Source: a virus
Taxonomy: Duplodnaviria > Caudoviricetes
Virus record (IMG/VR): IMGVR_UViG_3300032320_001595
Coordinates: 17,612-81,611 of that record
Reading direction: 5' to 3' (one strand)
DNA: 64,000 nucleotides
Shown here: piece after piece, positions 7,325 through 16,748 of the stretch
How the letters are laid out: each line of letters begins with the position of its first letter
Numbering within the stretch: the stretch's first letter is position 1
The notes under the pieces: generated by a model
Seen by the model: only the letters and a program-made list of their open reading frames with translations
Told to the model about the DNA's origin: nothing
Database searches by the model: none
Made by a program: the position numbers and the translations under genes

Positions 7325-7839
7325 CAGAAGCCTTCTGCCTTTCCAGTAACCTGTTCCAGCCTAGTAAACACTTCCTTCTTGCAATGGCTGCAATCTGACA
7401 CCACTTCTTTTAAAATTTTTACAAGAATCTCCTGCTTACGTTCGGTTTCTATTATCTGTTCTGCAACCTCACTATCTTCAATGAGGCCAGCCTTCTGAAG
7501 CATATCTATTTGTTTTTGCTGTATGTCTGCGACTAGTTTAATCCCAGCAGTCTTTTTAGAAAGATCTCCTTGAGTCCCAGATTGACTAATAACATCCCAG
7601 CCTTCCTCTATAAGCATAGAGTAATGTTTATCCGCACCAGCCAAAGCCTCTCTAGCACGCATCTGGATCTGCCTATCACTCTGAATAACTGAACGCCATT
7701 CATTTAAATAGTCCTGAACATCTGTTCTTTTAAAACCTGTTACTCTTGCTATCTGGTTAGGATTAGTTGTTCCTTTTAAGAATAGGTCAACAACTTTATT
7801 GATTCGTTCCCAGCGATCCGCAAGTTCTAATTCAGACAT
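7324..7839 (-). CDS. Probable terminase small subunit
   Basis: Immediately upstream of terL; N-terminal HTH (NPNQIARVTGFKRTDVQDYL) followed by helical coiled coil. Confidence 0.6.
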   Translation of the reverse strand: MSELELADRWERINKVVDLFLKGTTNPNQIARVTGFKRTDVQDYLNEWRSVIQSDRQIQMRAREALAGADKHYSMLIEEGWDVISQSGTQGDLSKKTAGIKLVADIQQKQIDMLQKAGLIEDSEVAEQIIETERKQEILVKILKEVVSDCSHCKKEVFTRLEQVTGKAEGF

Positions 7840-8131
7840 CCATCTTCTTTCTTATGCTCTTTTTAGCGCGAACAATTCCTTTTAGTTTATCAACATAGAA
7901 GGAACGATATTCCCCAGTAGCAGGAGAAAAACAATCTATCCAGGTAACATCTTTTTTAATATTATGCGCCAATTGTATGAACCTAAATGTACCACGAATA
8001 TCTTTAAACTTAAGCATATCCCCTGGCTTGATAACTTCTTTGCCAAACTTAAGTTCATAGAATACTGAGATATCTGGGTTTACTAGATACTTAGGTCGAT
8101 CTTCTGGATTGGAATTGTTTTTTCTAGCCAT
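7832..8131 (-). CDS. Hypothetical protein
   Basis: ORF; start moved to ATG 8131 after CAGGAGA SD. Confidence 0.7.
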   Translation of the reverse strand: MARKNNSNPEDRPKYLVNPDISVFYELKFGKEVIKPGDMLKFKDIRGTFRFIQLAHNIKKDVTWIDCFSPATGEYRSFYVDKLKGIVRAKKSIRKKMDV

Positions 8132-8144
8132 GACTCTCCTGTCA

Positions 8145-8321
8145 TCAGGTAGCGAATCCGCTACCACCGCGAGTTGGTGCCCAAACCATTCCTGGACTAT
8201 CTATGTTCCTAATCATCCTAATTCCACAGCCTGGACAGATGGCGCTGTCCCTTTCATCAATCTTTAGCATGAGTTCAGTAGACGACTCACACTCTATGCA
8301 TGTAAATGTATATAGAGGCAT
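8145..8321 (-). CDS. FmdB-like zinc-ribbon protein
   Basis: MPLYTFTCIEC...CPGC signature; TAATG overlap places the start at 8321. Confidence 0.8.
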   Translation of the reverse strand: MPLYTFTCIECESSTELMLKIDERDSAICPGCGIRMIRNIDSPGMVWAPTRGGSGFAT

Positions 8322-8650
8322 TACTTCCATGTCTCCTTTTTTGCTATACTCAATAATACCAGATAGCCCATTAGGTCGTCAAGGTCATTATCTCCTTGAT
8401 ATTCTCTACCGCGAGCGAATCTACTTAATTTATCATCAATTCTTACTTTTAGTTGCTCTGCATTATCTGCCTGTGAAAAAATTCTTACTGGGTCAAGTGC
8501 TGAGTTTCCATATGCTCTATTTTTTTCAATCAACATATTGGAAAGTCTATTGCATTCATCTAGAATAGCCATCTCTGTTTTATTTACTGGATGGAATTGA
8601 GCATCTGGATTTGTTGTCCTAAACATTTCATCTAAGTCTTTTTCTATCAT
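8321..8650 (-). CDS. DUF1599-like (nucleotide-modification-associated, all-alpha) protein
   Basis: KNRAYGNS...VRIDDKLSR...DLMGYLVL pattern. Confidence 0.6.
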   Translation of the reverse strand: MIEKDLDEMFRTTNPDAQFHPVNKTEMAILDECNRLSNMLIEKNRAYGNSALDPVRIFSQADNAEQLKVRIDDKLSRFARGREYQGDNDLDDLMGYLVLLSIAKKETWK

Positions 8651-8814
8651 CGCTTACCAAACTTTCTTTGATCTCTTATTAACCCGAATTTTACCAAATA
8701 TCTGTAAATAGTTTGATGACTTACATTACATTCTTTTGCTATTTCCTCTAAGCCTTTTTTTTCTACGACATATCTTTTTGTCAGATACGCTTTACTTTCA
8801 TATAATTTAGCCAC
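8647..8814 (-). CDS. Small HTH DNA-binding protein (55 aa, GTG start)
   Basis: Hand-translated MAKLYESKAYLTKRYVVEKKGLEEIAKECNVSHQTIYRYLVKFGLIRDQRKFGKR; fills the gap and overlaps both neighbours. Confidence 0.75.
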   Translation of the reverse strand: MAKLYESKAYLTKRYVVEKKGLEEIAKECNVSHQTIYRYLVKFGLIRDQRKFGKR

Positions 8815-9379
8815 GATTCACCAAGTTCATGTATGCGTAATATGCCAAGCCGAATGAATCCCCAACATCATGGTCGTCTACTTCTATTCCAAACTTGTTA
8901 TTAAAATAATCTAAAGTTCTTTGTTTTCTTAAATTTCTTGCGTAGTTTCTGTACCATGTGTCTGTTCTATCTGGATGCTGTAGTTTAATTTCTGCCTTCT
9001 CCTGCTTTGTTAAATTTTTATTTCCAATGTAGTTTTGCCATGAAGATGGAGGTACTGTAATAATTCTACCAGGCTCATCGGCTAACTCTGAAACTAAAAC
9101 CCCAACCACCATAGCCATGTGGATGGCTACTGCCTGAGACTTAACCATAATTGCGGACTCAATACATATGTAGTCTGGGTTAACTTCTTTTTTTATAAAC
9201 TGTATTTTATTTCTACAGTCAATTACCTTTTCATATATATTGTTGCCATTAAAAACTATCTTCCCCCACTTTATTGGTTCTTCTCCCACTATAGAGAAGG
9301 CAAAAGAGTTAGTGGATGAATCTACACCCATTACAGTTTTAGCGTTTTGCTTTATTAGTTTTTTTAACGACATTGGCAA
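8807..9379 (-). CDS. ruvC: RuvC-like Holliday junction resolvase
   Basis: VMGVDSST, CIES, VPPSSWQ...GNKNLTKQE, DHDVGDSFGLA RuvC acidic motifs. Confidence 0.8.
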   Translation of the reverse strand: MPMSLKKLIKQNAKTVMGVDSSTNSFAFSIVGEEPIKWGKIVFNGNNIYEKVIDCRNKIQFIKKEVNPDYICIESAIMVKSQAVAIHMAMVVGVLVSELADEPGRIITVPPSSWQNYIGNKNLTKQEKAEIKLQHPDRTDTWYRNYARNLRKQRTLDYFNNKFGIEVDDHDVGDSFGLAYYAYMNLVNRG

Positions 9380-9635
9380 TTACCTCTAATATATTCTCTC
9401 TACTATTATCTTTCTCAGATTTTTCACATTGGTAGCAAATTAAATTTTCATTATATCTACTCAGCAGTTGTCCGCAGTAGCAGTATCTTTTTTCTCCGCC
9501 CAGCCTCTTTTTATTTTCGTAGTACTTTTCCATAATTTTTTTATTTGTTGCAAGTCTACAGCAACTAGGAGTACAGTACTTTTGGTTCTTTTTATTAGAC
9601 TCAAATGGGTTACCGCAGTTGATACAATTTTTCAC
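9339..9635 (-). CDS. Zinc-finger hypothetical protein
   Basis: CINC...KYCTPSCC and CYCG...CYQC motifs. Confidence 0.7.
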   Translation of the reverse strand: MKNCINCGNPFESNKKNQKYCTPSCCRLATNKKIMEKYYENKKRLGGEKRYCYCGQLLSRYNENLICYQCEKSEKDNSRENILEVIANVVKKTNKAKR

Positions 9636-10408
9636 TCAACACCGACTTTTAGATTAGTAACTTTCTCCACGCCTTCTTCTCTTTCTAGGCAGGCTTCTGA
9701 TACGGGGCAACCTTTACATGTCCAGGTAGATTTTGTATACCCTCTTTTGGGAGGAGTATTATTCTCATACATTCCATAAACTTTTTTCATCCAGTCAAAA
9801 ACGTACTCAATGTACTCACTATTTTTTTCAGTCATCTTTATTGGGATGCATAAAAGTTCATTATCATTCTTATTTTCGTAAAGGACAAAGCCTTCCTCTG
9901 CTCCTTCAATTTTCATGTATATTAATAATTGAAGAAGATGACTTGGAGAAGGAACTCCCTCGCCCTTTCTCTGAATAAAGTATTGGTCTTTAATGGTTTT
10001 GATTTCACCGATAATTTCTTCATCGTCAATCTCCAAAACTAGGTCAGCAAATCCACGGACGGGTGGACTAACGTTTTTTATTTCTCGCTCATTTTGTTTT
10101 AATAGACCAGTTTCTTCTATTAATTTTTCTATTCTTTCATGAGCCGCTGTCCCTGAATTCATAGACGCTATATTGGCTGCTGGAATATTCTCTGTAAACT
10201 CTGCACCATTAAATGCTATCCACCAGTATCTAGCGCATGTCCCGTGACCATAGCCTACTGTACTAGGAGCGAAACTAACTTTTTTCTTAAACTCTTTATC
10301 CTTATTATTTTTTTGATATGCTGAATTTATCATCTTAATAAACTTTTTAGAGTTTAACTTTGTATCCCTGGGTTGCGTTAACAATGACGCTATTAGATTC
10401 TTAGCCAT
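9632..10408 (-). CDS. Cas4-like PD-(D/E)XK exonuclease
   Basis: Cys in TCARYWW, GTAAHERI, GFAD...GEIKT, QLLIY, C-terminal CKGCPVSEAC Fe-S cysteines. Confidence 0.85.
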   Translation of the reverse strand: MAKNLIASLLTQPRDTKLNSKKFIKMINSAYQKNNKDKEFKKKVSFAPSTVGYGHGTCARYWWIAFNGAEFTENIPAANIASMNSGTAAHERIEKLIEETGLLKQNEREIKNVSPPVRGFADLVLEIDDEEIIGEIKTIKDQYFIQRKGEGVPSPSHLLQLLIYMKIEGAEEGFVLYENKNDNELLCIPIKMTEKNSEYIEYVFDWMKKVYGMYENNTPPKRGYTKSTWTCKGCPVSEACLEREEGVEKVTNLKVGVE

Positions 10409-10410
10409 AA

Positions 10411-10743
10411 TTAACCTAAATTATACCTTACTATATACTTAAGAGAGTCTACAAGTTTATCAAGCGAGTCCTTTGTTGAGTAGTAAACATTCTTCTTAAT
10501 ATTATTTGGAGAACCTGTTGGACCTTTTGCGGCTGTAGAATACCAGGCTGCTAGAATTCCAAACTTTGCTGATAGAGCCTGCAGTTTAGCAATAAGAGTT
10601 AGTGCCTGGGTTGGAGGTATGTCTGGCTTAGAAATAATTTTTACAATAGCCGCCATTGCTTCATCAAGACCGTCATCTCTGACAAAATCATGAATGTCAG
10701 CGAACTCTGACACCTGATTAATCAAGTCGATTGTGTTATCCAT
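10411..10743 (-). CDS. Hypothetical protein
   Basis: 110-aa helical ORF in operon. Confidence 0.7.
   Translation of the reverse strand: MDNTIDLINQVSEFADIHDFVRDDGLDEAMAAIVKIISKPDIPPTQALTLIAKLQALSAKFGILAAWYSTAAKGPTGSPNNIKKNVYYSTKDSLDKLVDSLKYIVRYNLG
10420..10430 (-). promoter_or_regulatory. -10-only promoter TAAGGTATAAT upstream of Cas4-like gene
   Basis: 11 nt before ATG 10408. Confidence 0.5.
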
Positions 10744-11035
10744 CTAACTCCTCCAATAGTTCTTCCAATATCCCCCACTCTATTACTGCCAGCCTAGTCT
10801 TACGATTTCCAGATCCTAAAACTAGCATGAGTAAAGGGTTTTTTGTGTTATCTGTTTTTAGGCAATCGGTAACGATCTTAGCCCAAATATCTTCATTGAT
10901 AGATATAGACTTTGAATATTCTTTTACGTCTACAATAAATCTTTCCGTGTTTCCATCTGCCTTTTGATATTTCCCGCGACCACTATTTTTATGAGCCTTA
11001 GCACCCATTCTTTTAAGTTCTGATCTCTCACTCAT
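10736..11035 (-). CDS. Hjc-like PD-(D/E)XK nuclease / putative resolvase
   Basis: SERSELKRMG...NSGRG..QKAD...FIVDVKE motif. Confidence 0.65.
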   Translation of the reverse strand: MSERSELKRMGAKAHKNSGRGKYQKADGNTERFIVDVKEYSKSISINEDIWAKIVTDCLKTDNTKNPLLMLVLGSGNRKTRLAVIEWGILEELLEELDG

Positions 11036-11222
11036 ATGACAGCCTTGCGCTGTTCATATGGTTGTTCGGGCACTTCCAAAATACTTTTTTATTCTGAGAG
11101 TCGTACTTTCCTGATGTTACTGTTTCAAAGCACCCTGGCTCTGAACAAGTAAATGATCCATCAATATCTTTTAATGACCTAGAATCTTCTGAGTTTCTGA
11201 TAAATTGTTTTGGATCTATCAT
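11028..11222 (-). CDS. Small zinc-binding hypothetical protein
   Basis: CSEPGC...WKCPNNH. Confidence 0.65.
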   Translation of the reverse strand: MIDPKQFIRNSEDSRSLKDIDGSFTCSEPGCFETVTSGKYDSQNKKVFWKCPNNHMNSARLSYE

Positions 11223-12226
11223 ATCTTCTCATATACCAAACGGCTTAATTCTTCCTGCATATCAAGGTCTTCTCTAACCCTTGCAATAACATTGGCACGA
11301 CCTTGAATTCTTTCTTCCAACACGGTGTACCAGGCTCCGCCACGCTCAATCACTCCAAGCATTTCTGCGGTATCAACAAGGTCTGCGATCCAATCAACAC
11401 CGACATGGCCTCCCTGGAAATAAAAATCGTAAGACCCTGCGATAAACTGTGGCCCCGTTTTATTATAGTCAATTGTCCAGTTTACTGGCCTACCTACCTT
11501 CTGCTCAATAAGTTTATCCCCAACTGCGATTTTATCTTTAATAGATGACGCTTCTGCTTCACTAGACCATAGTTTAATAATGGTACTAGAAAAGAACTTT
11601 ACAGCCATTCCGCCAGTAGGAATATGGCTAGCGTGCATAGAACCAAACTGATTGCGCTGCTGTGAGATAAGTATGAGCAATGTTTTATCATTAACATAGT
11701 TAAGCATTTTGACTGCATGTGTCATGTCTTTTGCTTCTGCGCCAATCTGCTTAGTGTCTTGTAGTTGCTTTAACTCTGAGCCATCTTTTTCAAAGTAGAT
11801 TGCAGGAAGCAAGGCAGATATTGAGTCTACTACTAGTAGATCGACTCCCGAATGAATCAACTGGGTGCCCACATCTACCATATCATTTATTGTTTTTGCT
11901 GATGAGTAGATCAAAGATTGTGAGTCTACCCCTAGTTTTTCTGCCCATTCTGGGGAATATGATTGTTCTGAATCTATCCACGCGCAGAGTTTACCCTCTT
12001 TTTGTGCCTCCGCTATTAGTTGAAGGCAGAAGGAAGACTTGCCTGCACTTTTATTACCCCATATAAGTACTTGACGACCATATGCTAGGCCACCCTTTAG
12101 AGCAACATTGAGCGATAAACTTGGGGTCTTCTGTTTCTGTATTTCTACATTAGCGGCGCTGCCGACCATCTTTCTTATTTTTGGATCTAGCCTTGACAAT
12201 ACTTCTTCCATCATCATATCGCTCAT
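11219..12226 (-). CDS. recA: RecA/UvsX-like recombinase
   Basis: Walker A GNKSAGKS, WIDSEQS, LVVDSISAL, ISQQR, TGGMAVKFFS, ERGGAWY. Confidence 0.92.
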   Translation of the reverse strand: MSDMMMEEVLSRLDPKIRKMVGSAANVEIQKQKTPSLSLNVALKGGLAYGRQVLIWGNKSAGKSSFCLQLIAEAQKEGKLCAWIDSEQSYSPEWAEKLGVDSQSLIYSSAKTINDMVDVGTQLIHSGVDLLVVDSISALLPAIYFEKDGSELKQLQDTKQIGAEAKDMTHAVKMLNYVNDKTLLILISQQRNQFGSMHASHIPTGGMAVKFFSSTIIKLWSSEAEASSIKDKIAVGDKLIEQKVGRPVNWTIDYNKTGPQFIAGSYDFYFQGGHVGVDWIADLVDTAEMLGVIERGGAWYTVLEERIQGRANVIARVREDLDMQEELSRLVYEKI

Positions 12227-12392
12227 TAAAATGACTCTCCAATACTTCAGCGATCTCTTTAATTCTATCGTTTCTAGAACGACTTAACGTATCAATTATT
12301 TTTTGCATTAGTTCCTCATCGTGACCACGAATAACTAACAACTTTTCATTATCCGCTCCATGAAGAAAGTATGCATTCATTATATCATCCAC
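12150..12392 (-). CDS. Hypothetical protein
   Basis: Fills gap between MazG-like gene and recA; 3' end overlaps recA by 77 nt. Confidence 0.6.
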   Translation of the reverse strand: MDDIMNAYFLHGADNEKLLVIRGHDEELMQKIIDTLSRSRNDRIKEIAEVLESHFNERYDDGRSIVKARSKNKKDGRQRR

Positions 12393-12717
12393 GAACGCCG
12401 TGCAGCCTTGGACGACCCTTATTAATTTTAGCCTTGCTTCTTACAGTTTTTTCTAATGAATGAACAACTTCACCGTTTTCTCGCAAACCTTCATACAGAT
12501 CGCATACGCGGATAATAATATCTGCAAGTTCTTCTACTACTTGGTCATGGCCCTTTGATTTTCTTAGAGCCTCTAATACCTCAGTAGCCTCTGAATGAAT
12601 CATGGCAATTTGCTTTGCAAAAAATATAAACTTGTCGTCAATAGATCCTAGTGGGTCCCAGAATCCTTTTTCTACTGCAGTTTCGTGCAAGTGGGTAGAT
12701 AATCTATCTAAATTCAT
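12385..12717 (-). CDS. MazG-like NTP pyrophosphohydrolase
   Basis: HSEATEVLEA...VVEELADIIIR acidic motif; K..IN..RP.LHG tail. Confidence 0.8.
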   Translation of the reverse strand: MNLDRLSTHLHETAVEKGFWDPLGSIDDKFIFFAKQIAMIHSEATEVLEALRKSKGHDQVVEELADIIIRVCDLYEGLRENGEVVHSLEKTVRSKAKINKGRPRLHGVRG

Positions 12718-15700
12718 TTAGTAAAACCTTTCAATGATAGAGCGCCAGAATTTGTTTCTGAGAAAACTGGGCTGCAATGTGTTCCTGGCCTCATTCTGAC
12801 TAGTGATTCAGCGTATACTGAGGGGAAGACAATAACAGAGAATAACTCTTTATCTTCATTAGCAAGTACCGCATGGGCCATCTTGTCGCCCTTCTTTGTT
12901 TTTCTTGGTTCAACGTCTACTACAAAGTATTCGTCTGGCCCAAGCACCATAGTCTTAGCCCTGAGAAATTGTACAAAAGATGATGTATTGTTGTCAAGAC
13001 TATCTGGGGTGAGGTAGGATGCTATCCTATTATCGGATACAAGGAAGATATATATCTTACCAGGCTCAATCTGGGTATCCTGACTATGGAAGACTCCAAC
13101 ACTAGCAGTCTTATCTACAATCTCAACACGGCTCCACCCCTCACCACGCTTGATAGATTTAACCATAGCCATAACTATAAAGGCACCGCCCTCCTCATAC
13201 TCTTCTAATGGCTTGAAGTATGACTCTACCCATCTTGGAATATTAGTTACAAACTCAGGAATGTTAAGGTACTCATACAAGAACTCTCTTTCGTTTCCTG
13301 TTCGCGGGTTGTCTGTAAAGGCTGCTGCCCCAATTTTATTCAAGGCGTCTACGGCCCTACTGTTTACCCCAGACCCCTTCTTACTTGTAAACTCAACAAA
13401 GTCTTCGTATGAAGAGAATGGCTTCTTGGCAAGAATCTTTTTAGCAATTCCTTCTGAAATATACTTCACATTCCCCAGACCGAATCTGATTGCATCACCC
13501 TCTAGGGTAAAGTCCTCCCCAGACTCATTAATGTGTGGAAGCCTAATCTTAATATTCATACGCTTTGCTTCAATGAGGTAGTCCGTTCTCTTATCCTTGT
13601 CATTCTCGTTTTTAAGCAAAGAGAACATAAACTCTACTGGGTAGTATTTCTTTAACCATGCAGTCCAGTAGGACAAAGTAGAGTACGCTACAGCATGGCT
13701 TTTATTAAATGAATATCCTGCGTGAGCCTCAAACGTGTGCCATAGTTTCTCTGCTGATTCCTCAGAGATGTTCTTCTTAGCACCAGAGATAAACTTATCT
13801 TTAAACTGGTCGAATTCCTTTGCATCCTTCTTCTTGCCAATAATTTTACGGACCTTATCGGCCTCTGCCATCGTCATACCGCCAAGACCAACACAAGCCT
13901 GCATTACCTGTTCCTGGTAAAGAACACACCCATAGGTATCCTGTGTAAATTCTTTCATGATGGGGTGGATGTATGAGACTGCCTGACGCCCCTTCTTCCT
14001 TTTAATATAGTCTGCGCCAATAGTATTCATTGCACCAGGACGAACAAGGGCATTAGATGCAGCAAGTTCATCAAGGTTACTAACACCCATCTTTACTAGC
14101 AGGTTTGTGTATGGAACTGCTTCTGCCTGGAATACACCCTTTGTATATCCAGCAGATAGATCTGCGTAAACCTCATAGTCATCTAGAGGAATCGAATTAA
14201 GATCAATACTGATGCCCTTTCGCTCCTTAACATTATTAATTGTGTCCTTAATTACTGTTAAAGTTTTTAGACCTAGTGCATCAATTTTAATAAGGCCAAT
14301 CTCAGCAGCCTGTTCCATATCTACAGCAACGACAGGAATTCTGCTGTCACTCTGAGTATCTTTTCTTGTCTCCATTGGAGCGTACAAAGAGATATCAGTC
14401 TTAGCGGTTACGATTCCAGCAGCGTGCAAACCAGTACCACGAATTCTTCCACGGAGTCTGTCTGCATATTCTACTATTTCTGGATATTTGTCTCTGAATT
14501 CCTTGGCCCCTGGAGTACGGATAAATTCTTCCCATGTCTCAATACCTTTCAATGCTTTATTTACTTCTGACAAGGGGATGTTAAAGGCTCTAGCAACGTC
14601 CCTGACAACACCCTTGTCCCTAAAAGTATTAAACGTTGCAATTGATGCAACATGCTTATACTCATCAATAAGATACTCTTTTACCTCACCTCGACGGCGG
14701 TCCTCGTAGTCTGTATCGATATCTGGAAAGTCATTTCTCTCTGGATTAATAAACCTAAAGAATAGTAGACCCCACTTAATTGGATCTACCTCAGTAATTC
14801 CTAGTGCGTAACAGACTAGGCTTCCTGCTGCAGAGCCTCTTCCTGGGCCAACGAGAATTCCCTCACCCTTAGCCCATGAAATCATGTTCGCTACGACAAG
14901 GAAGTATGAAGCAAAGTTCTTTTCTTTAATAATCTTTAGTTCTTCATTTATTCTTTCAAGATACTCTGGCTCAATTAGATCTCTGCTTCTCAGCCCATCC
15001 ATAGCAAGTTGACGTAGTTCCTGATCTGGGTCTTTATGGCTTACAGGAAGTAGATCAACATCCTTCTTAATGTCATACTTAGAGATCTTTTCAGAAATCT
15101 CTACAGTATTTTCATAGATATCCTCACGGTCGATACCTTGAGAAATCATTCTTTCTTTCAGATCTGTGTAATTCATTAGCCAAATATCAAGATCCTTGAA
15201 AGACATCTGACGCTCCCCATAGAGATAGTCCAGCCTCTCCATAAGATCCTTAATCTTACGACTCTTACCGAAATCTGATTCCTTATCTATCTTTGGATGT
15301 GTTCCAAGGATAAGCATGATCTCTTCTGCTATACGATCCTCTGGTGCAGCATAGTGGCAGTCCAGGGTTACCGCTGATTTAATGCCCCCACTATCGGCAA
15401 GACTAAGCAGAGCGAGATTGAGAGATGCAGGGTTGTGTGGCTGTATTTCGATGTAAAAATCTTCCCCAAAAACATCTCTAAACCATCCAGCGTATTGTTT
15501 CGCAAGTGTTTCATTATTATTCTCCAATGCCTTTGCGATAATCCCATTCATGCAGCCAGACAGTACAACTAGACCATCGCCATACTTTTCTAGCATGTCA
15601 AAGTCCGTCCTGGGCTTAACAAAAAATCCTTCCTCCCAGGCATTCTCTGAAAGTCTGTTAAGATTATCTAACCCAGTATCGTCCTTAGCAAGAACAATAA

Positions 15701-15971
15701 GGTGGTTATAGATTTGATCATCTGGGGTTCGCTCCTTTTTAGAGCGCTTGTCTAGTCTATCTGTAGTAAAGTATGCCTCTAGACCTAGAATCGGCTTTAC
15801 ACCGTGATCATTAGCCGCCTTTACAAGTTCCCTGTGCCCACTAAGAGATCCATGATCAGTAATACTAAGTGCCGACATTCCAATGTCAGAAGCCCTCTTT
15901 ATTAGTTCTTCTGGCGAGGAATATCCATCTAGGAGACTATAATATGAGTGTGAATGATGATTATGAAACAT
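12714..15971 (-). CDS. dnaE: DNA polymerase III alpha subunit (DnaE-like) with PHP domain
   Basis: HNHHSHSYYSLLDG, ITDHG, GPGRGSAAGSL, FPDIDTD, HAAG, KIDALGL, YSFNKSHAVAY, OB folds; no intein. Confidence 0.95.
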   Translation of the reverse strand: MFHNHHSHSYYSLLDGYSSPEELIKRASDIGMSALSITDHGSLSGHRELVKAANDHGVKPILGLEAYFTTDRLDKRSKKERTPDDQIYNHLIVLAKDDTGLDNLNRLSENAWEEGFFVKPRTDFDMLEKYGDGLVVLSGCMNGIIAKALENNNETLAKQYAGWFRDVFGEDFYIEIQPHNPASLNLALLSLADSGGIKSAVTLDCHYAAPEDRIAEEIMLILGTHPKIDKESDFGKSRKIKDLMERLDYLYGERQMSFKDLDIWLMNYTDLKERMISQGIDREDIYENTVEISEKISKYDIKKDVDLLPVSHKDPDQELRQLAMDGLRSRDLIEPEYLERINEELKIIKEKNFASYFLVVANMISWAKGEGILVGPGRGSAAGSLVCYALGITEVDPIKWGLLFFRFINPERNDFPDIDTDYEDRRRGEVKEYLIDEYKHVASIATFNTFRDKGVVRDVARAFNIPLSEVNKALKGIETWEEFIRTPGAKEFRDKYPEIVEYADRLRGRIRGTGLHAAGIVTAKTDISLYAPMETRKDTQSDSRIPVVAVDMEQAAEIGLIKIDALGLKTLTVIKDTINNVKERKGISIDLNSIPLDDYEVYADLSAGYTKGVFQAEAVPYTNLLVKMGVSNLDELAASNALVRPGAMNTIGADYIKRKKGRQAVSYIHPIMKEFTQDTYGCVLYQEQVMQACVGLGGMTMAEADKVRKIIGKKKDAKEFDQFKDKFISGAKKNISEESAEKLWHTFEAHAGYSFNKSHAVAYSTLSYWTAWLKKYYPVEFMFSLLKNENDKDKRTDYLIEAKRMNIKIRLPHINESGEDFTLEGDAIRFGLGNVKYISEGIAKKILAKKPFSSYEDFVEFTSKKGSGVNSRAVDALNKIGAAAFTDNPRTGNEREFLYEYLNIPEFVTNIPRWVESYFKPLEEYEEGGAFIVMAMVKSIKRGEGWSRVEIVDKTASVGVFHSQDTQIEPGKIYIFLVSDNRIASYLTPDSLDNNTSSFVQFLRAKTMVLGPDEYFVVDVEPRKTKKGDKMAHAVLANEDKELFSVIVFPSVYAESLVRMRPGTHCSPVFSETNSGALSLKGFTK

Positions 15972-15992
15972 TTTTCTCCAATAAATGAGTAA

Positions 15993-16016
15993 GCACTAGG
16001 AAGTATATCCTAGTGC
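15993..16016 (-). terminator. Hairpin after the gp32-like SSB gene; probable intrinsic terminator
   Basis: gcactagga-agtata-tcctagtgc, 9-bp stem; weak T-tract on minus. Confidence 0.55.
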
Positions 16017-16035
16017 CACTCAACGATCAAGTATT

Positions 16036-16689
16036 TTACCAGTCAACTGCTGTGCTGGATGAAGTGTCAACATCTACACCCATGTAGAATGCTTCCTGAT
16101 CTGGGTACTTAACCTGACGAACAGCAACCTTCTCAAGTTCGAATGGCTCAATTCCAGCCCAATCAAAAGCCTCTGAGTCTGTAGCCAATGGAATCAAAGT
16201 GTAACTTGTCTGAGTCCCTGTGCCGCTTCTCTTAAGACGCCATTGAAGGTTTGAAATAGACTGAGTATCGCCTGCGTACTCAATAAGAATATTCGTTGCC
16301 GCAGACTTAGGGCCAACACCCTGGGACCAAACTGCTACATACTCCTCATTACCGTCGTCCACAATTACATTAGTGTAAAAACGGAGGCGTGCCTTCCAGC
16401 CTGCCTTGGGGTCCTTACGATGCATCTCACATCCAAAGCAGCGACCCTCATCATCTAGGCTACAAAGCCCCTTGCGTCGATAATCTCTTGGATTAGTATG
16501 TTCTGCCACAACAATGGCAAGGCCGCGACTCTTATCATAATTTGGTGAGTCTGGGTCAAGTTCGTTAACGAATCGAATCTTTACGCTCTGACCATCTTCC
16601 AACTTTAGCCAGCGTGCGCGAGCGCCTTCATCCATCTGGGGGCGCTCCATCTTACTCTTGATATTCTTTAATCCTGTAATAACTGACAT
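16036..16689 (-). CDS. Phage single-stranded DNA-binding protein (gp32-like)
   Basis: WLKLEDGQSVKIRF, Zn-type H/C residues (CS...CFGC), KRSGTGTQTSY, acidic C-terminal tail ending DW. Confidence 0.75.
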   Translation of the reverse strand: MSVITGLKNIKSKMERPQMDEGARARWLKLEDGQSVKIRFVNELDPDSPNYDKSRGLAIVVAEHTNPRDYRRKGLCSLDDEGRCFGCEMHRKDPKAGWKARLRFYTNVIVDDGNEEYVAVWSQGVGPKSAATNILIEYAGDTQSISNLQWRLKRSGTGTQTSYTLIPLATDSEAFDWAGIEPFELEKVAVRQVKYPDQEAFYMGVDVDTSSSTAVDW

Positions 16690-16739
16690 ATTATATATCT
16701 CCTAAAAATATTTGACCCTATGCATGGGCCTATGTGAAT

Positions 16740-16748
16740 ATTATACAG
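16740..16748 (-). promoter_or_regulatory. -10 promoter (CTGTATAAT) upstream of gp32-like SSB
   Basis: At the boundary of the only intergenic gap before ATG 16689. Confidence 0.5.

Noticed and set aside
9632-10408. Cas4-like gene as part of a CRISPR-Cas system
   Set aside because: No other cas genes or array. Standalone Cas4-like nucleases are common in phage recombination modules.
12150-12226. 77-nt overlap with recA (and 76-nt overlap at 17610-17685) as overprinting
   Set aside because: Short tail overlaps are usual in compact phage operons and may reflect start-codon choice; no evidence of dual function.
13150-14709. Plus-strand ORFs opposite dnaE
   Set aside because: Shadow ORFs; the whole window is transcribed on the minus strand.
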